A stretch of 64,000 nt of DNA from the NCBI GenBank assembly GCA_012514745.1, contig JAAYZR010000002.1, positions 40,962 to 104,961 on the forward strand, in the 5' to 3' direction. The position numbers were made by a program, and so were the translations under genes. Below are positions 42,720-53,604 of the stretch, piece by piece (the first letter of the stretch is position 1; the number at the start of each line of letters is the position of its first letter). The stretch is from Candidatus Undivivens industriae. Lineage in GTDB: Bacteria; Omnitrophota; Gorgyraeia; Gygaellales; Profunditerraquicolaceae. The notes under the pieces are model-generated. The model did no database searches and had not been told where the DNA came from. It saw only the letters and a program-made list of their open reading frames with translations.

Positions 42720-43796
42720 ATGACCAATATTAAGAATTATCTCAAGATGATGCTGGACAGGAACGCTTCGGACATGTTCTTCCGCGCCGGGTCAAACGTG
42801 CGTCTGCGCATAGACGGCGAGGTCGTCTCCATTGACGAAAGGGTGATCACCCTTGACGAAGTAAACGAAGCGGTCAAGGAATTGACCTCAAACGAGTTAA
42901 AGGACTTCTTTCAGCGCACGCTGGACGTGGACTTCGGAGTGTATGTCCCGGAACTGGATAACCGTTTCCGTATCAGCATCTTCATGCAGAGAAATTGGCC
43001 GGCGCTGGTGGTCAGGAGCATTCGGTCCGCCATACAGACTTTCGAGGAATTACATCTGCCTTCCGATATCCTCTCCAGGCTTTCCATGGAGAAAAGAGGT
43101 TTGATCCTTCTGACGGGCAGCGTGGGCAGCGGCAAATCCACCACGATAGCCAGCATGATCGAGTACGTGAACAATAACGCCAACAAGCACATCCTGACTG
43201 TGGAAGAACCGATCGAGTTCACCTTCAAGGATAAGCGTTCCATCATAAATCAGAGGGAGCTGGGGATAGATGTGTCTTCATATGCGGTAGCGCTGCGCGC
43301 GTTCACACTGCAGAGCCCGGACGTGATTTTCATCGGCAACATCAGGGATTACGAGACCATGTCCGCCGCGCTCACCGCCGCCGAGACCGGCGTGCTGGTA
43401 TTTAGTACTCTGCATACCGTTAACGCCCCGCAAACGCTGGAACGCATCGTTAATTTTTTCCCTCCGCATCAGCATGCCGAGGTAAGGACTCAACTGTCCT
43501 ATCTGCTTAAAGGGGTAATTTCCCTGCGGCTTCTCCCTTCCAAAGAGGGGAAGGGACGGCTCCCCGCTTACGAAACCATGCTGCAAACTCCCACCATCAG
43601 CCGTCTGCTCAGGGAAGGAAAGACCTGGGAGATCCCCCAGTTCGTCGACGACGGCGCCGTATACGGTATGCAGTCTTTCAGCCAGGCGCTGGTAAGACTC
43701 GTCAGAGAAGGAAAGATAACGGAAGAGACCGCCCTGATGAACTGTGATAACAAAGACGAATTCATGCTCGCCCTGAGAGGCATCTGCAGGGGCTGA
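42720..43796 (+). CDS. pilT: type IV pilus retraction ATPase PilT (PilT/PilU family)
   Basis: 358 aa; Walker A LLTGSVGSGKSTT, Asp box, Walker B and His box in PilT arrangement. Confidence 0.85.
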   Translation: MTNIKNYLKMMLDRNASDMFFRAGSNVRLRIDGEVVSIDERVITLDEVNEAVKELTSNELKDFFQRTLDVDFGVYVPELDNRFRISIFMQRNWPALVVRSIRSAIQTFEELHLPSDILSRLSMEKRGLILLTGSVGSGKSTTIASMIEYVNNNANKHILTVEEPIEFTFKDKRSIINQRELGIDVSSYAVALRAFTLQSPDVIFIGNIRDYETMSAALTAAETGVLVFSTLHTVNAPQTLERIVNFFPPHQHAEVRTQLSYLLKGVISLRLLPSKEGKGRLPAYETMLQTPTISRLLREGKTWEIPQFVDDGAVYGMQSFSQALVRLVREGKITEETALMNCDNKDEFMLALRGICRG

Positions 43797-43835
43797 GAAG
43801 CGGCCGGCAACGCCGTTTTACAAAGAGAGGAAGAG

Positions 43836-44937
43836 ATGATAGACAATATAAAGACCGGTCTGGAGCGTATTCACTCGAAGCTCGAGCAGCTTAGAGGTTA
43901 TCTTTGACATAGAAGAAAAGCTGGAACAGGTTGAGCGGTTTTCTTCGGAGATGGCGGAGCCGGGCTTTTGGGACAACCAGGAAAAGGCCAATTCCGTGGT
44001 GAAACGCCTGAAGGCTCTGAAGGCGGTCGTCGGTCCCTGGCAGGAAACGATATCCAGACATAGAGAATTGCGGGAACTGGCGGAGCTGCTTAAGGAAGAT
44101 GACGGTGATTTGGCAGCCGAGATAAGCTTCGGGGTGGAAGCGTTGTCCCGCAGCGTGGAGAGACTGGAGCTGAAGACTCTTTTAAGCGGAAGGTTCGACG
44201 CCAACAGCGTTTTCTTGAGCGTCAACGCCGGGGCCGGCGGGACTGAATCATGCGACTGGGCGCAGATGCTGCTCAGGATGTACGCGCGCTGGGCCGAAGA
44301 TAAAGGGTATGAAACCAGAATGGTGGATATCCTTTACGGGGAAGAGGCCGGTGTTAAGAACGCTACGTTGTATGTGGGTGGAGAATACGCCTACGGCTAT
44401 TTGAGGTCCGAACGCGGCGTCCACCGGCTGGTGCGCATCTCGCCTTTTGACGCCAATAAACGCAGACACACTTCTTTTGCCTCCGTGGACGTCGTCCCGG
44501 AAATAGAGGACGACGTCGATTTCAAGATAGAAGAGAAAGACCTGCGCATAGACGTTTTTCGTTCTTCTGGCCCCGGCGGGCAGAGCGTCAATACCACGGA
44601 TTCGGCGGTGCGCATCACGCACCTTCCCAGCGGGACCGTCGTGCAGTGCCAGAATGAAAGGTCCCAGTTCCAGAATAAGCAGACGGCGATGAAGATGCTG
44701 AAGTCCAGGCTTTACGAGATAGAGCAACGTAGAAAAGAGGAGGAATTGAGCAGGCAATGCGACTCCTCGAAAAAGAAAATAGAGTGGGGCAGCCAGATCC
44801 GTTCTTATGTCATGCACCCGTACACCATGGTTAAAGACCATCGTACCGGGCTGGAAACCGGAGACGCCGGCGGAGTGATGGACGGGGCCCTCGACGGTTT
44901 CATCGAGTCCTATCTAAGAAAAAAAGCGGAAGGATAA
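43836..44937 (+). CDS. prfB: peptide chain release factor 2 with programmed +1 ribosomal frameshift (frame 0 43836-43904, frame +1 43906-44937)
   Basis: [23 protein letters not shown] then in-frame TGA within AGAGGT TAT CTT TGA C (43893-43908), the canonical SD-like/CUU UGA C shift site; downstream frame has GGQ ([17 protein letters not shown]) and SPF (RISPFD) motifs. Confidence 0.9.
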
Positions 44938-44939
44938 GC

Positions 44940-47867
44940 GTGATGTTCGGCTTTTTCAAGAAAGCGGTGCTCACCGGCAAACAAAAGGTGATCGACCGTA
45001 AATACAAGGGGATCAATATAACGCTGCATCCGGATATGCCGATGCCTTCGCTGGACGCGGTGGTTGCGCTGGCCGGCGCCGCCGCCGCCGTGAACGCCCG
45101 GGAGGAGGAGGTCGGCCGCCTCTCCGACGCAGAACTGCGCGCTAAAAGCGGGCAGTTCGGGGAATACCTGCGGGAAAAGGAAAAGGCGTGCGCGGAACAG
45201 CTCGCGGAGATCGCTCTGGCGGTGGAGAAGGCCGCCATTGCCGAGGAAAAAGAGAGGTTGAAAGAAAAGCTGAAGCTGGCGCGTAACCGCGTTTTCGACG
45301 GGATCCTCGCCGAGGCCTTCGCGGTGGTCCGGGAAGCATCCAGGCGCACCATCGGGCTCAGGCATTTCGACTCGCAGATAATCGGCGGATTGATCCTGCA
45401 CCAGGGGAAGATCGCCGAGATGTCCACCGGAGAAGGCAAAACCCTGGTAGCGACTCTTCCCGCTTATCTAAACGCCCTCCTGGGCCGCGGGGTGCACATC
45501 GTGACGGTCAATGATTACCTGGCCAGGCGCGACAGGGAATGGATGGGGCCGGTTTTCGAGTTTCTCGGATTGAGCGTGGGCGTCATACAGCACGATATGT
45601 CCGACGAAGCCCGCAAATCAGCCTACGCCTGCGACATCACTTACGGCACGAATAATGAGTTCGGGTTCGATTACCTGCGCGACAACATGAAATACAGCTC
45701 CTCCGAACTTGTGCAGAGGCCGTTCTATTACGCCATCGTAGACGAGGTGGACTCCATACTTGTGGACGAGGCCCGCACCCCCCTGATAATTTCCGGGCCC
45801 GCAGAGGAGTCCACGGACAAGTATTACACCATAGACAGGATCATCCCCCGGCTGGAAGGGAAAATGATCATGGAAAAGGAGCAGATCGAGGCCAAATACA
45901 AAGGAGTGGACCTCTCCAAAGGCTACGATTATGTCGTGGATGAAAAGGCGCGGAATGCCTATCTGACAGAACAAGGAGAGGCGAAGGTCTGCTCATTGCT
46001 GAACATCTCCAGCCTGCACGATATGGAGACCATGGAATGGAGGCATCATGTCATCCAGGCGTTGAGGGCCCACAACCTGTATAAAAGGGACGTGGATTAC
46101 GTGGTCAAAGACGGGCAGGTACTTATCGTAGACGAGTTCACCGGCAGGCTGATGCCCGGAAGGCGCTGGTCGGACGGACTGCACCAGGCGGTGGAGGCCA
46201 AGGAAAGGATGAAGATAGAGAGGGAGAATCAAACCCTGGCCACGATCACCTTCCAGAATTTCTTCCGCATGTACGAGAAGCTCTCCGGCATGACCGGTAC
46301 CGCTTATACCGAGGCCAACGAATTCAAAGCGATCTATAAACTGGACGTAGTGGTGGTTCCCACCAACAGACCGCTGATCCGCATAAATTATCCGGACCGT
46401 ATATATAAGACCGAGGCGGAGAAATTCAACGCCGTGGTCGAAGAGATAACCCGGATGTATTCTTCCGGCAGACCGGTGCTGGTCGGCACGGTTTCCATAG
46501 AGAAATCGGAATTGCTGTCGGGCATGCTGAAGAAAAGAGGCATAGAACACCAGGTGCTGAACGCCAAATACCACGAGATGGAAGCGCAGATCGTGGCGCA
46601 GGCCGGAAGGTATAAGGCGGTGACCATAGCCACCAACATGGCCGGCCGCGGCACCGATATCCTTCTGGGGGGCAATCCCGGTTTCATTGCCAGGAGCGTG
46701 CTTAACCAGAAAGAGTTTGACGGGGAGGAACAGCGCTTTGTCGAACATACCCGCCTGCTGGAGAAATACAGAAGAGAAACGGAAGAAGAACACCGAAAGG
46801 TGGTGGAAGCCGGCGGGCTGCATATAGTAGGAACGGAAAGGCACGAGGCGCGCAGGATAGACAATCAGTTGCGCGGGCGTTCCGGCAGGCAGGGGGACCC
46901 GGGGTCTTCGCGTTTCTACGTATCTCTCGGGGACAACCTGATGCGTTTGTTCGGTTCCGACCGGCTGATCGGGATAATGGACCGGTTGGGACTCGAGGAA
47001 GGCCAGGTAATCGAGCATCCCTGGATTAATAAATCCATAGAGGTGGCGCAGCGCCGGGTGGAGCAGCATAATTTCGAGATACGCAAACAGCTTCTGGAAT
47101 ACGATAACGTGATGAACAAGCAACGCGAAGTGGTTTACAGCCAGCGCAGGCAGATACTCGACGGCATCTCGCTGAAGGATAATATTTTGGCCATCATGGA
47201 GAGGAGCGTCTGCGGGCTGGCCGGCATGTATTCCGGAGAGGATCCCGCGCAGTCCGATTACGACGGACTGCTGGATACCCTGAAACTGAAATTCGGCCTG
47301 GAGTTTTCCCGGGAGGAATTGCTGGCCAAAGAGGGCGGGACGTTGTCCGATACCCTCTATGCCATGGTCTCGGAGGCATATTTAAACAAAGAGAAAGAGG
47401 CAGGGGAAGGGAACATGCGTTTAATAGAACGGATGGTTTTCCTGCAAATCATAGATTCCAGGTGGAAAGATCATCTGTACGCGATGGATAATCTGCGCGA
47501 GGGTATAGGATTGCGCGCTTACGGCCAGCGCGACCCCCTTGTCGAGTATAAACGCGAGGCGTTCGAGATGTTCAACAATATGATCTCCGCCGTGGAAGAG
47601 GAATCGCTGGAGATCCTTTTTAAGCTCCGTCCGGAACCGCGTAGAGAGGCCAGGGGAGTATTCAGCACCACGTCGCAGGAATTGAGCCATCCGGAGGCCG
47701 GGTCTTTTTCCGGCTCCGGCGGCCGCGAAGACAGGGAAAGCACGACCGCTCCGGCGGCCGGGCCCGCCGGCGGCAAGGCGCAGGGCGATCCCGCGGTAAA
47801 AGTCGGAAGGAATGATCCCTGCCCATGCGGCTCCGGAAAGAAGTTCAAGAAATGCTGCGGAAGATAA
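44940..47867 (+). CDS. secA: preprotein translocase ATPase SecA
   Basis: 975 aa; DEAD-like motor motifs ([34 protein letters not shown]), C-terminal zinc finger [14 protein letters not shown]; GTG/ATG start at 44940/44943. Confidence 0.9.
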   Translation: MMFGFFKKAVLTGKQKVIDRKYKGINITLHPDMPMPSLDAVVALAGAAAAVNAREEEVGRLSDAELRAKSGQFGEYLREKEKACAEQLAEIALAVEKAAIAEEKERLKEKLKLARNRVFDGILAEAFAVVREASRRTIGLRHFDSQIIGGLILHQGKIAEMSTGEGKTLVATLPAYLNALLGRGVHIVTVNDYLARRDREWMGPVFEFLGLSVGVIQHDMSDEARKSAYACDITYGTNNEFGFDYLRDNMKYSSSELVQRPFYYAIVDEVDSILVDEARTPLIISGPAEESTDKYYTIDRIIPRLEGKMIMEKEQIEAKYKGVDLSKGYDYVVDEKARNAYLTEQGEAKVCSLLNISSLHDMETMEWRHHVIQALRAHNLYKRDVDYVVKDGQVLIVDEFTGRLMPGRRWSDGLHQAVEAKERMKIERENQTLATITFQNFFRMYEKLSGMTGTAYTEANEFKAIYKLDVVVVPTNRPLIRINYPDRIYKTEAEKFNAVVEEITRMYSSGRPVLVGTVSIEKSELLSGMLKKRGIEHQVLNAKYHEMEAQIVAQAGRYKAVTIATNMAGRGTDILLGGNPGFIARSVLNQKEFDGEEQRFVEHTRLLEKYRRETEEEHRKVVEAGGLHIVGTERHEARRIDNQLRGRSGRQGDPGSSRFYVSLGDNLMRLFGSDRLIGIMDRLGLEEGQVIEHPWINKSIEVAQRRVEQHNFEIRKQLLEYDNVMNKQREVVYSQRRQILDGISLKDNILAIMERSVCGLAGMYSGEDPAQSDYDGLLDTLKLKFGLEFSREELLAKEGGTLSDTLYAMVSEAYLNKEKEAGEGNMRLIERMVFLQIIDSRWKDHLYAMDNLREGIGLRAYGQRDPLVEYKREAFEMFNNMISAVEEESLEILFKLRPEPRREARGVFSTTSQELSHPEAGSFSGSGGREDRESTTAPAAGPAGGKAQGDPAVKVGRNDPCPCGSGKKFKKCCGR

Positions 47868-49396
47868 TTTTTAACGGAACGAACGTAATTGTTTTATCCT
47901 CATCGCTGCTGTTGTTTTTGTCTTTTCCTCCCGCCGGCCTTTGGCCGGCGGCCTGGATCGCGTTCATGCCCCTCTTTAACGCCGTGGAAGGCAGGAGCGT
48001 AAAACAGACTGTTGTGCTGTTCTTTCTCTGCGGGTTTTTCTTCTGGCTTGGCGCTATATCTTGGATTTCGGCGGTTACCTTTATCGGGATGCTGCTGCTT
48101 TGCGGGTATCTGGCGCTGTATTTTGCCTGCTTCGGGCTTGTTTTTCCTTTATCCCGGAATATGCCGCAGGCTTTAGCTCCGGTATTCCTGGCCGCGGCCT
48201 GGACGGCGCTGGAATACCTGCGCGGCATGATCTTGACCGGTTTCCCCTGGGCGCTGCTCGGGCACACGCAGTATCTTAATCTTCCCGCCATACAAATATC
48301 CGATATCACCGGGGTATGGGGAGTGTCGTTTCTTATTATGTTTTTCAATGCCGCTTTCTACCCGGTCTTCTCCGGCAGGCAGCCCCTGGATACCGCCGCG
48401 AAAAGAGTAGCCCCGGCAATTATCTGCGTTATGGCCGCTCTGACCTACGGCTTGTTCCGTCTTTTTACCCCGCCGGCAGCCGGCGATTTCAAGATCGCCC
48501 TGGTCCAGGGGAACATACCGCAGAAGCTTAAATGGGCGGTTTCCAGCAGAAAGTTCATAGTCGATAAGTTTCTGGGTATCTCTTCCGAAGCGGTTATAAA
48601 AGATAATCCGGATATAGTCATCTGGCCGGAGGCTTCATTTCCGGAATTGATGGGAGAGGAAACGGAACTCTATTCAAGACTGCGCGATACCGTGCGGGAA
48701 TGGAACACGCCGCTTTTGTTCGGAGCGGTGCTGCGGGAAGGGGAAGGTTATTACAACGGCGCTTTTCTCCTTTCTTCCGGCGGAGAGATCGCCGGAGAGT
48801 ACCGGAAGATACAGCTCGTTCCTTTCGGTGAATTCATCCCTTTTAGAAAGACGCTGGGTTTCCTTGAGACGGTCGTTCCCATAGGCGACTTCTATCCGGG
48901 AAGAGAATTCAAGGTCTTTACCGCGGAAGGCAAAGGTTTGGATAACGCGGGAAAACAGCATAAATTTGCCGTCTTGATCTGTTTCGAAGACGCCTTCCCC
49001 AGGCTCAGCCGTCGTTTTGTGCGGGCAGGCGCCGGGCTACTGGTCAATATGACTAATGATGCCTGGTTCGGCAGGAGCGGAGCGTCCTCCCAGCACCTGC
49101 AGTCTTCAGTGTTCAGGGCGGTGGAGAACCGCGTCTGGGTCGCCAGGGCGGCCAATACCGGGATTACCGCCGTGATCGACAGTAAGGGAAAAATAAGAGA
49201 TATTGTAAAGAACAAACGGGGAGATCCCCTTTTTACCGAAGGATATCTGTCCGTTCCGGTAGGCGGGGCCGGACAGGGAGGATCTTTCTACACCGCCAAC
49301 GGTGATCTGCTGGTGTATTTTTGTTTCATGTTTGTTTTTGCCGGAGGTCTCTGGACGGGTTTTCTGCATGCGCTTACACGCCGCCGGTTGAAATAA
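47852..49396 (+). CDS. lnt: apolipoprotein N-acyltransferase
   Basis: N-terminal polytopic domain plus C-terminal CN-hydrolase domain (E...K...C: WPEASFPE, ...[13 protein letters not shown], ...[10 protein letters not shown]); start at MLRKIIFNG overlapping the secA stop. Confidence 0.8.
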   Translation: MLRKIIFNGTNVIVLSSSLLLFLSFPPAGLWPAAWIAFMPLFNAVEGRSVKQTVVLFFLCGFFFWLGAISWISAVTFIGMLLLCGYLALYFACFGLVFPLSRNMPQALAPVFLAAAWTALEYLRGMILTGFPWALLGHTQYLNLPAIQISDITGVWGVSFLIMFFNAAFYPVFSGRQPLDTAAKRVAPAIICVMAALTYGLFRLFTPPAAGDFKIALVQGNIPQKLKWAVSSRKFIVDKFLGISSEAVIKDNPDIVIWPEASFPELMGEETELYSRLRDTVREWNTPLLFGAVLREGEGYYNGAFLLSSGGEIAGEYRKIQLVPFGEFIPFRKTLGFLETVVPIGDFYPGREFKVFTAEGKGLDNAGKQHKFAVLICFEDAFPRLSRRFVRAGAGLLVNMTNDAWFGRSGASSQHLQSSVFRAVENRVWVARAANTGITAVIDSKGKIRDIVKNKRGDPLFTEGYLSVPVGGAGQGGSFYTANGDLLVYFCFMFVFAGGLWTGFLHALTRRRLK

Positions 49397-49553
49397 AAAC
49401 GCACGGCGTCTATTTTTTACTTTGACTAACGATAGAAAATAGAATGTTGGCGCAATCGAGATGTTCCCTTTTTGTCTATTTTCACTTCTCGATTGTTTCG
49501 CGCGTTATTAGTATAAAGAAGGCGATTAGAGCAACAGCGCGGTATGGGGGGAT

Positions 49554-50975
49554 ATGAGTTATAGAACAGGACGATACTTATTTCCCGCAGCATTATTCCT
49601 GTTCTGTTTCTTTTCCGCCCGGCCGGCAGCTGCGGAGGAAGCCGTCAGCGGGGTCTTTATGAGGCTTCCGGCGTTTTCCGCTTCGGACAGAGTGCTTATC
49701 CTCGCCCCTCATCCAGACGACGAGGCTATCGCGTGCGCGGGAGTTATAAAGGAAGCTTTACGCCGCGGGGCGTTTCTAAAAGTGGCTTACCTGACAAACG
49801 GAGACCACAACCAGCTGGCGTTCCTTGTTTACAAGAAAAGGCCGGTACTGCGCACCGGAGAGTTCATCCAGATGGGAGAAGTGCGCAGGCGCGAGGCTGT
49901 AAAGGCCATGGGATCGCTGGGCGTCCCGGAAAAAGATCTCGTGTTTCTCGGCTATCCTGATTTCGGCACTTTCTCGATATTCTGCAAATACTGGAAGAGC
50001 AGAAAACCTTATAAGAGCATCCTTACAAGGATATCGGCGGTCCCCTACAAAGACAACTTCAGTTATGCTTCCGTCTATAACGGGGAGAATATCCTCTCCG
50101 ATCTGAAAGAAATACTGCTGGATTACAGGCCGACGAAGATTTTCGTTTCCCATCCGGGAGACGTAAACGTGGATCACAAGGCGTATTACTTGTTCCTTTG
50201 TATCGCGCTTGCCGATCTGGAAGATGAGATCGGCAGGCCGCAGGTGTTTCCTTATCTGGTGCATTGCCCGGGCTGGCCTCTGCCGAGACATTATCACCCG
50301 GATCTCCCGCTTCTGCCTCCCGGGCAGTTTTCCGGCCTCGCACTGGATTGGAAGGTTCATCGGCTTAGCGAGGCCGATCTATCGAGCAAACGCGACGCCA
50401 TACTCTGTTACAGAAGCCAGACCAGGTCCAGCGCTTTTTATCTTTTATCCTTTGCCCGCGGAAACGAGCTTTTTGGTGATTATCCGGAGATAACGCTGGG
50501 CAGCGTCGGTAAAGGGAGGATTTTTCCGTTTTCCAGGGAGATCCCGGACGAGGAATACGAACCCTCCTGCCCGAACGAGGCCTGGGAGGCAAGTTATTCC
50601 GTCTCCGGCGGGGTTTTTTATATAACCGTCGACAAGAACAAGGAACTGGAGAAGAGATTCGTGTTCACCGCTTACATTTTCGGCTATAAGAAGGGAGTGG
50701 AATTCGCCGCTATGCCGAAGATCATGTTCATCAGCCGCTACAACGTCTTTAAGATGTTCGATAAGAGGAGGCCCGTTTCTTCCGGCGGCGTTTCCGTGCA
50801 ATTGAGCAAGGAGCAGGTAACCGTGGGGATACCCCTGCGTCTTCTGGGCGACCCTGACCTGATGCTGGTCTCCATCAGGACTTACGACAGAATGCAGCCG
50901 CGGGGGGCGGCGGGGTTCCGTCGGATCAGGGTAAATAAAAAAGGGGGGAGCGATGCTGGAATTCAGGAGCGTTAA
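49554..50975 (+). CDS. PIG-L/LmbE-family N-acetylglucosaminyl deacetylase domain protein with signal peptide and about 200-aa C-terminal extension
   Basis: Signal peptide MSYRTGRYLFPAALFLFCFFSARPAAA; zinc-binding motif RVLILAPHPDDEAIACAGVI and downstream His/Asp region (SHPGDVNVDHKA). Confidence 0.6.
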   Translation: MSYRTGRYLFPAALFLFCFFSARPAAAEEAVSGVFMRLPAFSASDRVLILAPHPDDEAIACAGVIKEALRRGAFLKVAYLTNGDHNQLAFLVYKKRPVLRTGEFIQMGEVRRREAVKAMGSLGVPEKDLVFLGYPDFGTFSIFCKYWKSRKPYKSILTRISAVPYKDNFSYASVYNGENILSDLKEILLDYRPTKIFVSHPGDVNVDHKAYYLFLCIALADLEDEIGRPQVFPYLVHCPGWPLPRHYHPDLPLLPPGQFSGLALDWKVHRLSEADLSSKRDAILCYRSQTRSSAFYLLSFARGNELFGDYPEITLGSVGKGRIFPFSREIPDEEYEPSCPNEAWEASYSVSGGVFYITVDKNKELEKRFVFTAYIFGYKKGVEFAAMPKIMFISRYNVFKMFDKRRPVSSGGVSVQLSKEQVTVGIPLRLLGDPDLMLVSIRTYDRMQPRGAAGFRRIRVNKKGGSDAGIQER

Positions 50976-51438
50976 AGTCGTCAAACCGGACGATGTTAAT
51001 GTCATCCTCGGTCAGAGCCATTTCATAAAAACCGTGGAGGATCTTTATGAGGTCATGGCCGGTTCGGTCCCCGGCATAAAATTCGGCCTGGCTTTCGTTG
51101 AATCTTCCGGTGCATGCAGGATACGCGTCGAAGGCAACGACGCGGAGTTAAAGATGACGGCGGCGGAGAACGCAGCTTCCATAGGAGCGGGACACTTTTT
51201 CATAATCTGCATGCGCGGCGCTTTTCCTATCAACGTGTTGAACGCCGTCAAGGCAGTCCAGGAGGTCTGCTGTATATATTGCGCAACCGCAAATCCCGTA
51301 GAGGTCATAGTGGCCGAGACCGCGGCCGGATGCGGTATTATGGGAGTGATAGACGGCGCCAAGCCGAAAGGAGCGGAGTCGGCGGAAGACATTGCCTGGA
51401 GGCGCGGACTGCTGCGAAAGATAGGCTATAAACTATAA
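50953..51438 (+). CDS. small conserved hypothetical protein (about 160 aa, Cys/Gly-rich core); family not assignable by eye
   Basis: 161 aa, overlaps the PIG-L gene by 23 nt; no motif I can confidently name. Confidence 0.45.
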   Translation: MLEFRSVKVVKPDDVNVILGQSHFIKTVEDLYEVMAGSVPGIKFGLAFVESSGACRIRVEGNDAELKMTAAENAASIGAGHFFIICMRGAFPINVLNAVKAVQEVCCIYCATANPVEVIVAETAAGCGIMGVIDGAKPKGAESAEDIAWRRGLLRKIGYKL

Positions 51439-51441
51439 CCG

Positions 51442-51492
51442 CCCGCCCCGGTCCGGCTTTGCTCTTGAATCGGCGGGTTTTTTTGCTATAAT
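51442..51492 (+). promoter_or_regulatory. terminator hairpin plus T7 run overlapping a TTGAAT-16-TATAAT promoter for the lpxL-like gene
   Basis: CCCGCC (51442-51447) / GGCGGG (51472-51477) with internal CCGGtCCGG, then TTTTTTT 51478-51484; TTGAAT 51465-51470 and TATAAT 51487-51492. Confidence 0.45.
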
Positions 51493-51554
51493 ACGGCAGA
51501 TACGGTGCCGTGACGGCGCCTGTGCCGGGTTTCGTTCGTAATCAAAGGCAGAAG

Positions 51555-52472
51555 ATGCAATTTAAAAAAATATCCAAAGAGGCGCCGCGTTTCTTCGCCT
51601 GGGCGGCGCTTATGACGTGTTCTTTAATAATAAAAGTGCTGCCCAGCCGTTTTTTATACGGGTTTTCCGCCGTTCTCGGCCGCGTCTTTCATATTATTGC
51701 CCTGAAACACCGCAGGGTCGCAATGGACAGCCTGCGCATAGCATTCGGAAAAGAGAAAGATAACGGTGAGCTCAAGAAGATTTGCCGGGATTGTTTTATT
51801 TCCATAGCCAAATCCGGGGCCGAGATCCTCAAGCTGACTGTGGACCACGCGTATATGGCGGGGCGGGTGGAGATAGAAGGCAGAGAATATCTGGACAGGG
51901 CCCTTGCCGCCGGCAGAGGGGTGATATTGGTCAGCGCGCATTTCGGCAATTTCCCTCTTTTGATCTCAAAGCTGGACGTTGACGGTTACAGGATAGGGGT
52001 TATCATGCGCAGGATGAGGGATATCCGCATGGAAAGGTTCCTTATCCGCAAACGCAGCAAGTTCGGGATGAGAGTTATCTATAGCCAGCCCCGCCAGGCA
52101 TGCGTCGGGGAGACCTTGCGCGCCCTGCGCAGCAATGAGATGGTGTTTATCCCGATGGACCAGAATTTCGGCACGGCCGGTGTGTTCGTCGATTTTTTCG
52201 GCAAAAAAGCCGCAACCGCCACCGGGCCGGTGGTGCTGGCGCAGCGCACCGGATCCGCCATCGTCCCCTGTTTTATCGTCCGGCAGTCGGATAATACGCA
52301 CCGGATAATCTTCGAACCGCAGATGGCACTGCCGGAAGGTCCGGATTGTATAGCCGAGAGCGTCCAGAATATCACGGCGGTTATAGAGGCTTATATTAGA
52401 AGATATCCTTCCGAATGGGGCTGGATGCATAAACGCTGGAAGGCGCGTCCGGCGGGAGAAACGGCGGGATAA
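51555..52472 (+). CDS. lipid A biosynthesis lauroyl/myristoyl acyltransferase family protein (LpxL/HtrB-like)
   Basis: About 305 aa from MQFKKISKEAPRFF; N-terminal TM anchor and the lysophospholipid/Kdo2-lipid IVA acyltransferase HX4D-type region (SAHFGNFPLL) in LpxL order. Confidence 0.65.
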   Translation: MQFKKISKEAPRFFAWAALMTCSLIIKVLPSRFLYGFSAVLGRVFHIIALKHRRVAMDSLRIAFGKEKDNGELKKICRDCFISIAKSGAEILKLTVDHAYMAGRVEIEGREYLDRALAAGRGVILVSAHFGNFPLLISKLDVDGYRIGVIMRRMRDIRMERFLIRKRSKFGMRVIYSQPRQACVGETLRALRSNEMVFIPMDQNFGTAGVFVDFFGKKAATATGPVVLAQRTGSAIVPCFIVRQSDNTHRIIFEPQMALPEGPDCIAESVQNITAVIEAYIRRYPSEWGWMHKRWKARPAGETAG

Positions 52473-52556
52473 GTCCGGTTCTTCGTCAGATAATGACAGA
52501 AAACGATTCTCCGTCCGTACGTCGGAGAAGAACAATCTACAGTGAAAGGGGGAGTT

Positions 52557-52769
52557 ATGGCGGAAGATACAAAGAAAGACGTAAAGGGTTGCGGTTGCAA
52601 GAAGACGCTCGGCACGGCGTTTAAATTCATTCTCGGCCTGGTTTTCCTCGGCCTGGGAGCCTGGGCTGTGATCGGGTGGTTTGATAGCCTCAAGATAGTG
52701 TTCATGGGGTGCATAGGCTTGTTCCTCATTCTTGCCGGTATTATCACGCTTGCCATCGCGAGGGAGTAA
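52557..52769 (+). CDS. small two-TM membrane protein (70 aa)
   Basis: MAEDTKKDVKGCGCKKTLGTAFKFILGLVFLGLGAWAVIGWF...; GGGGGAG RBS before ATG 52557; followed by a strong hairpin. Confidence 0.4.
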   Translation: MAEDTKKDVKGCGCKKTLGTAFKFILGLVFLGLGAWAVIGWFDSLKIVFMGCIGLFLILAGIITLAIARE

Positions 52770-52779
52770 TTGATTCAGG

Positions 52780-52830
52780 CATAAGCCGGGAGCCGCGTAA
52801 CGGGTTCCCGGCTTATGCGCGGTGATTTTT
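52780..52830 (+). terminator. stem-loop terminator (12-bp perfect stem) after the small membrane protein gene
   Basis: CATAAGCCGGGA (52780-52791) / TCCCGGCTTATG (52806-52817) with 14-nt loop, then GATTTTTCG. Confidence 0.55.
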
Positions 52831-52924
52831 CGCTATATCCGGTATAAGAAATATAAGGCGCGGATGACGCCCTACAAGGCGGTGTTTTTAGTAACAATGT
52901 TTAGGGACAGGGAGAGATGACGGC

Positions 52925-53500
52925 ATGGAAGCTATATTGAAAAGGGAGATTGTTGTAGATAAGTCATTATCGAGAATAATTCTTATTGTTTCTTTTGCGG
53001 CAGCCATTACCCTGGGGGCGCACGTGCGCATCCCGCTGCCTTTTACTCCCGTTCCGCTGACCCTGCAGACTTTCTTTGTTCTTTTGTCGGCAGCGCTGCT
53101 GGGGGCGCGGATGGGGATGGCCGCGCAGGTTTTGTATCTATGCGCCGGAGCCGCCGGGTTGGGGGTTTTTACCGGCAGCGGCGCCGGTCTGTCTTATTTC
53201 CAGGGCGTCACCGGAGGATATTTAGTGGGTTTTATGGCGGCGCAGTTCGTTGTCCCTTTTCTTTCCCGTTCCATTGCGATCGAAAAAAGCGTTCTCCGCG
53301 CGGCCGCGGTTTTTCTGCTGGCGGATTTTGTCCTACTTGCCTGCGGCACGCTCTGGCTGAAGACGGTATACGGTTGCAGCGGTAAGCAGGCGATGCTTTG
53401 CGGCTTTTGGGCCTTCGTGCCGGGCGATATCCTGAAAGCCTTGCTTGCGGCCGGTATCTATACCGCCGCAGCTCCGCGGATAAAAGAAATTACGCGTTGA
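52925..53500 (+). CDS. bioY: biotin transporter BioY (ECF S-component)
   Basis: 191 aa, 5-6 TM; BioY blocks LTLQTFFVLLSAALLG and GVTGGYLVGFMAAQFVV. Confidence 0.75.
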   Translation: MEAILKREIVVDKSLSRIILIVSFAAAITLGAHVRIPLPFTPVPLTLQTFFVLLSAALLGARMGMAAQVLYLCAGAAGLGVFTGSGAGLSYFQGVTGGYLVGFMAAQFVVPFLSRSIAIEKSVLRAAAVFLLADFVLLACGTLWLKTVYGCSGKQAMLCGFWAFVPGDILKALLAAGIYTAAAPRIKEITR

Positions 53501-53519
53501 CGCGCGGTTTTTGCCCGTC

Positions 53520-53548
53520 TTGACAAAGAGCAAGGCGTATGTTAAATT
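53520..53548 (+). promoter_or_regulatory. sigma70-type promoter (TTGACA, 17 nt, TAAATT) for the 53605 gene
   Basis: TTGACA 53520-53525, TAAATT 53543-53548; AAGGAGG RBS 53591-53597 before ATG 53605. Confidence 0.5.
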
Positions 53549-53604
53549 GTGGCCTGGCGGAGGCGTTTCCGGGTGAGCCGTCCGGCGGCAAAGGAGGAGT
53601 CGGA

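Noticed and set aside
45993-47123. 376-aa minus-strand ORF
   Set aside because: Antisense to secA, with no recognisable motifs. It is typical of high-GC shadow ORFs.
52473-52541. Possible riboswitch upstream of bioY or the small membrane protein
   Set aside because: The spacers are short and lack recognisable conserved riboswitch cores. Biotin transport is usually BirA-regulated rather than riboswitch-regulated.
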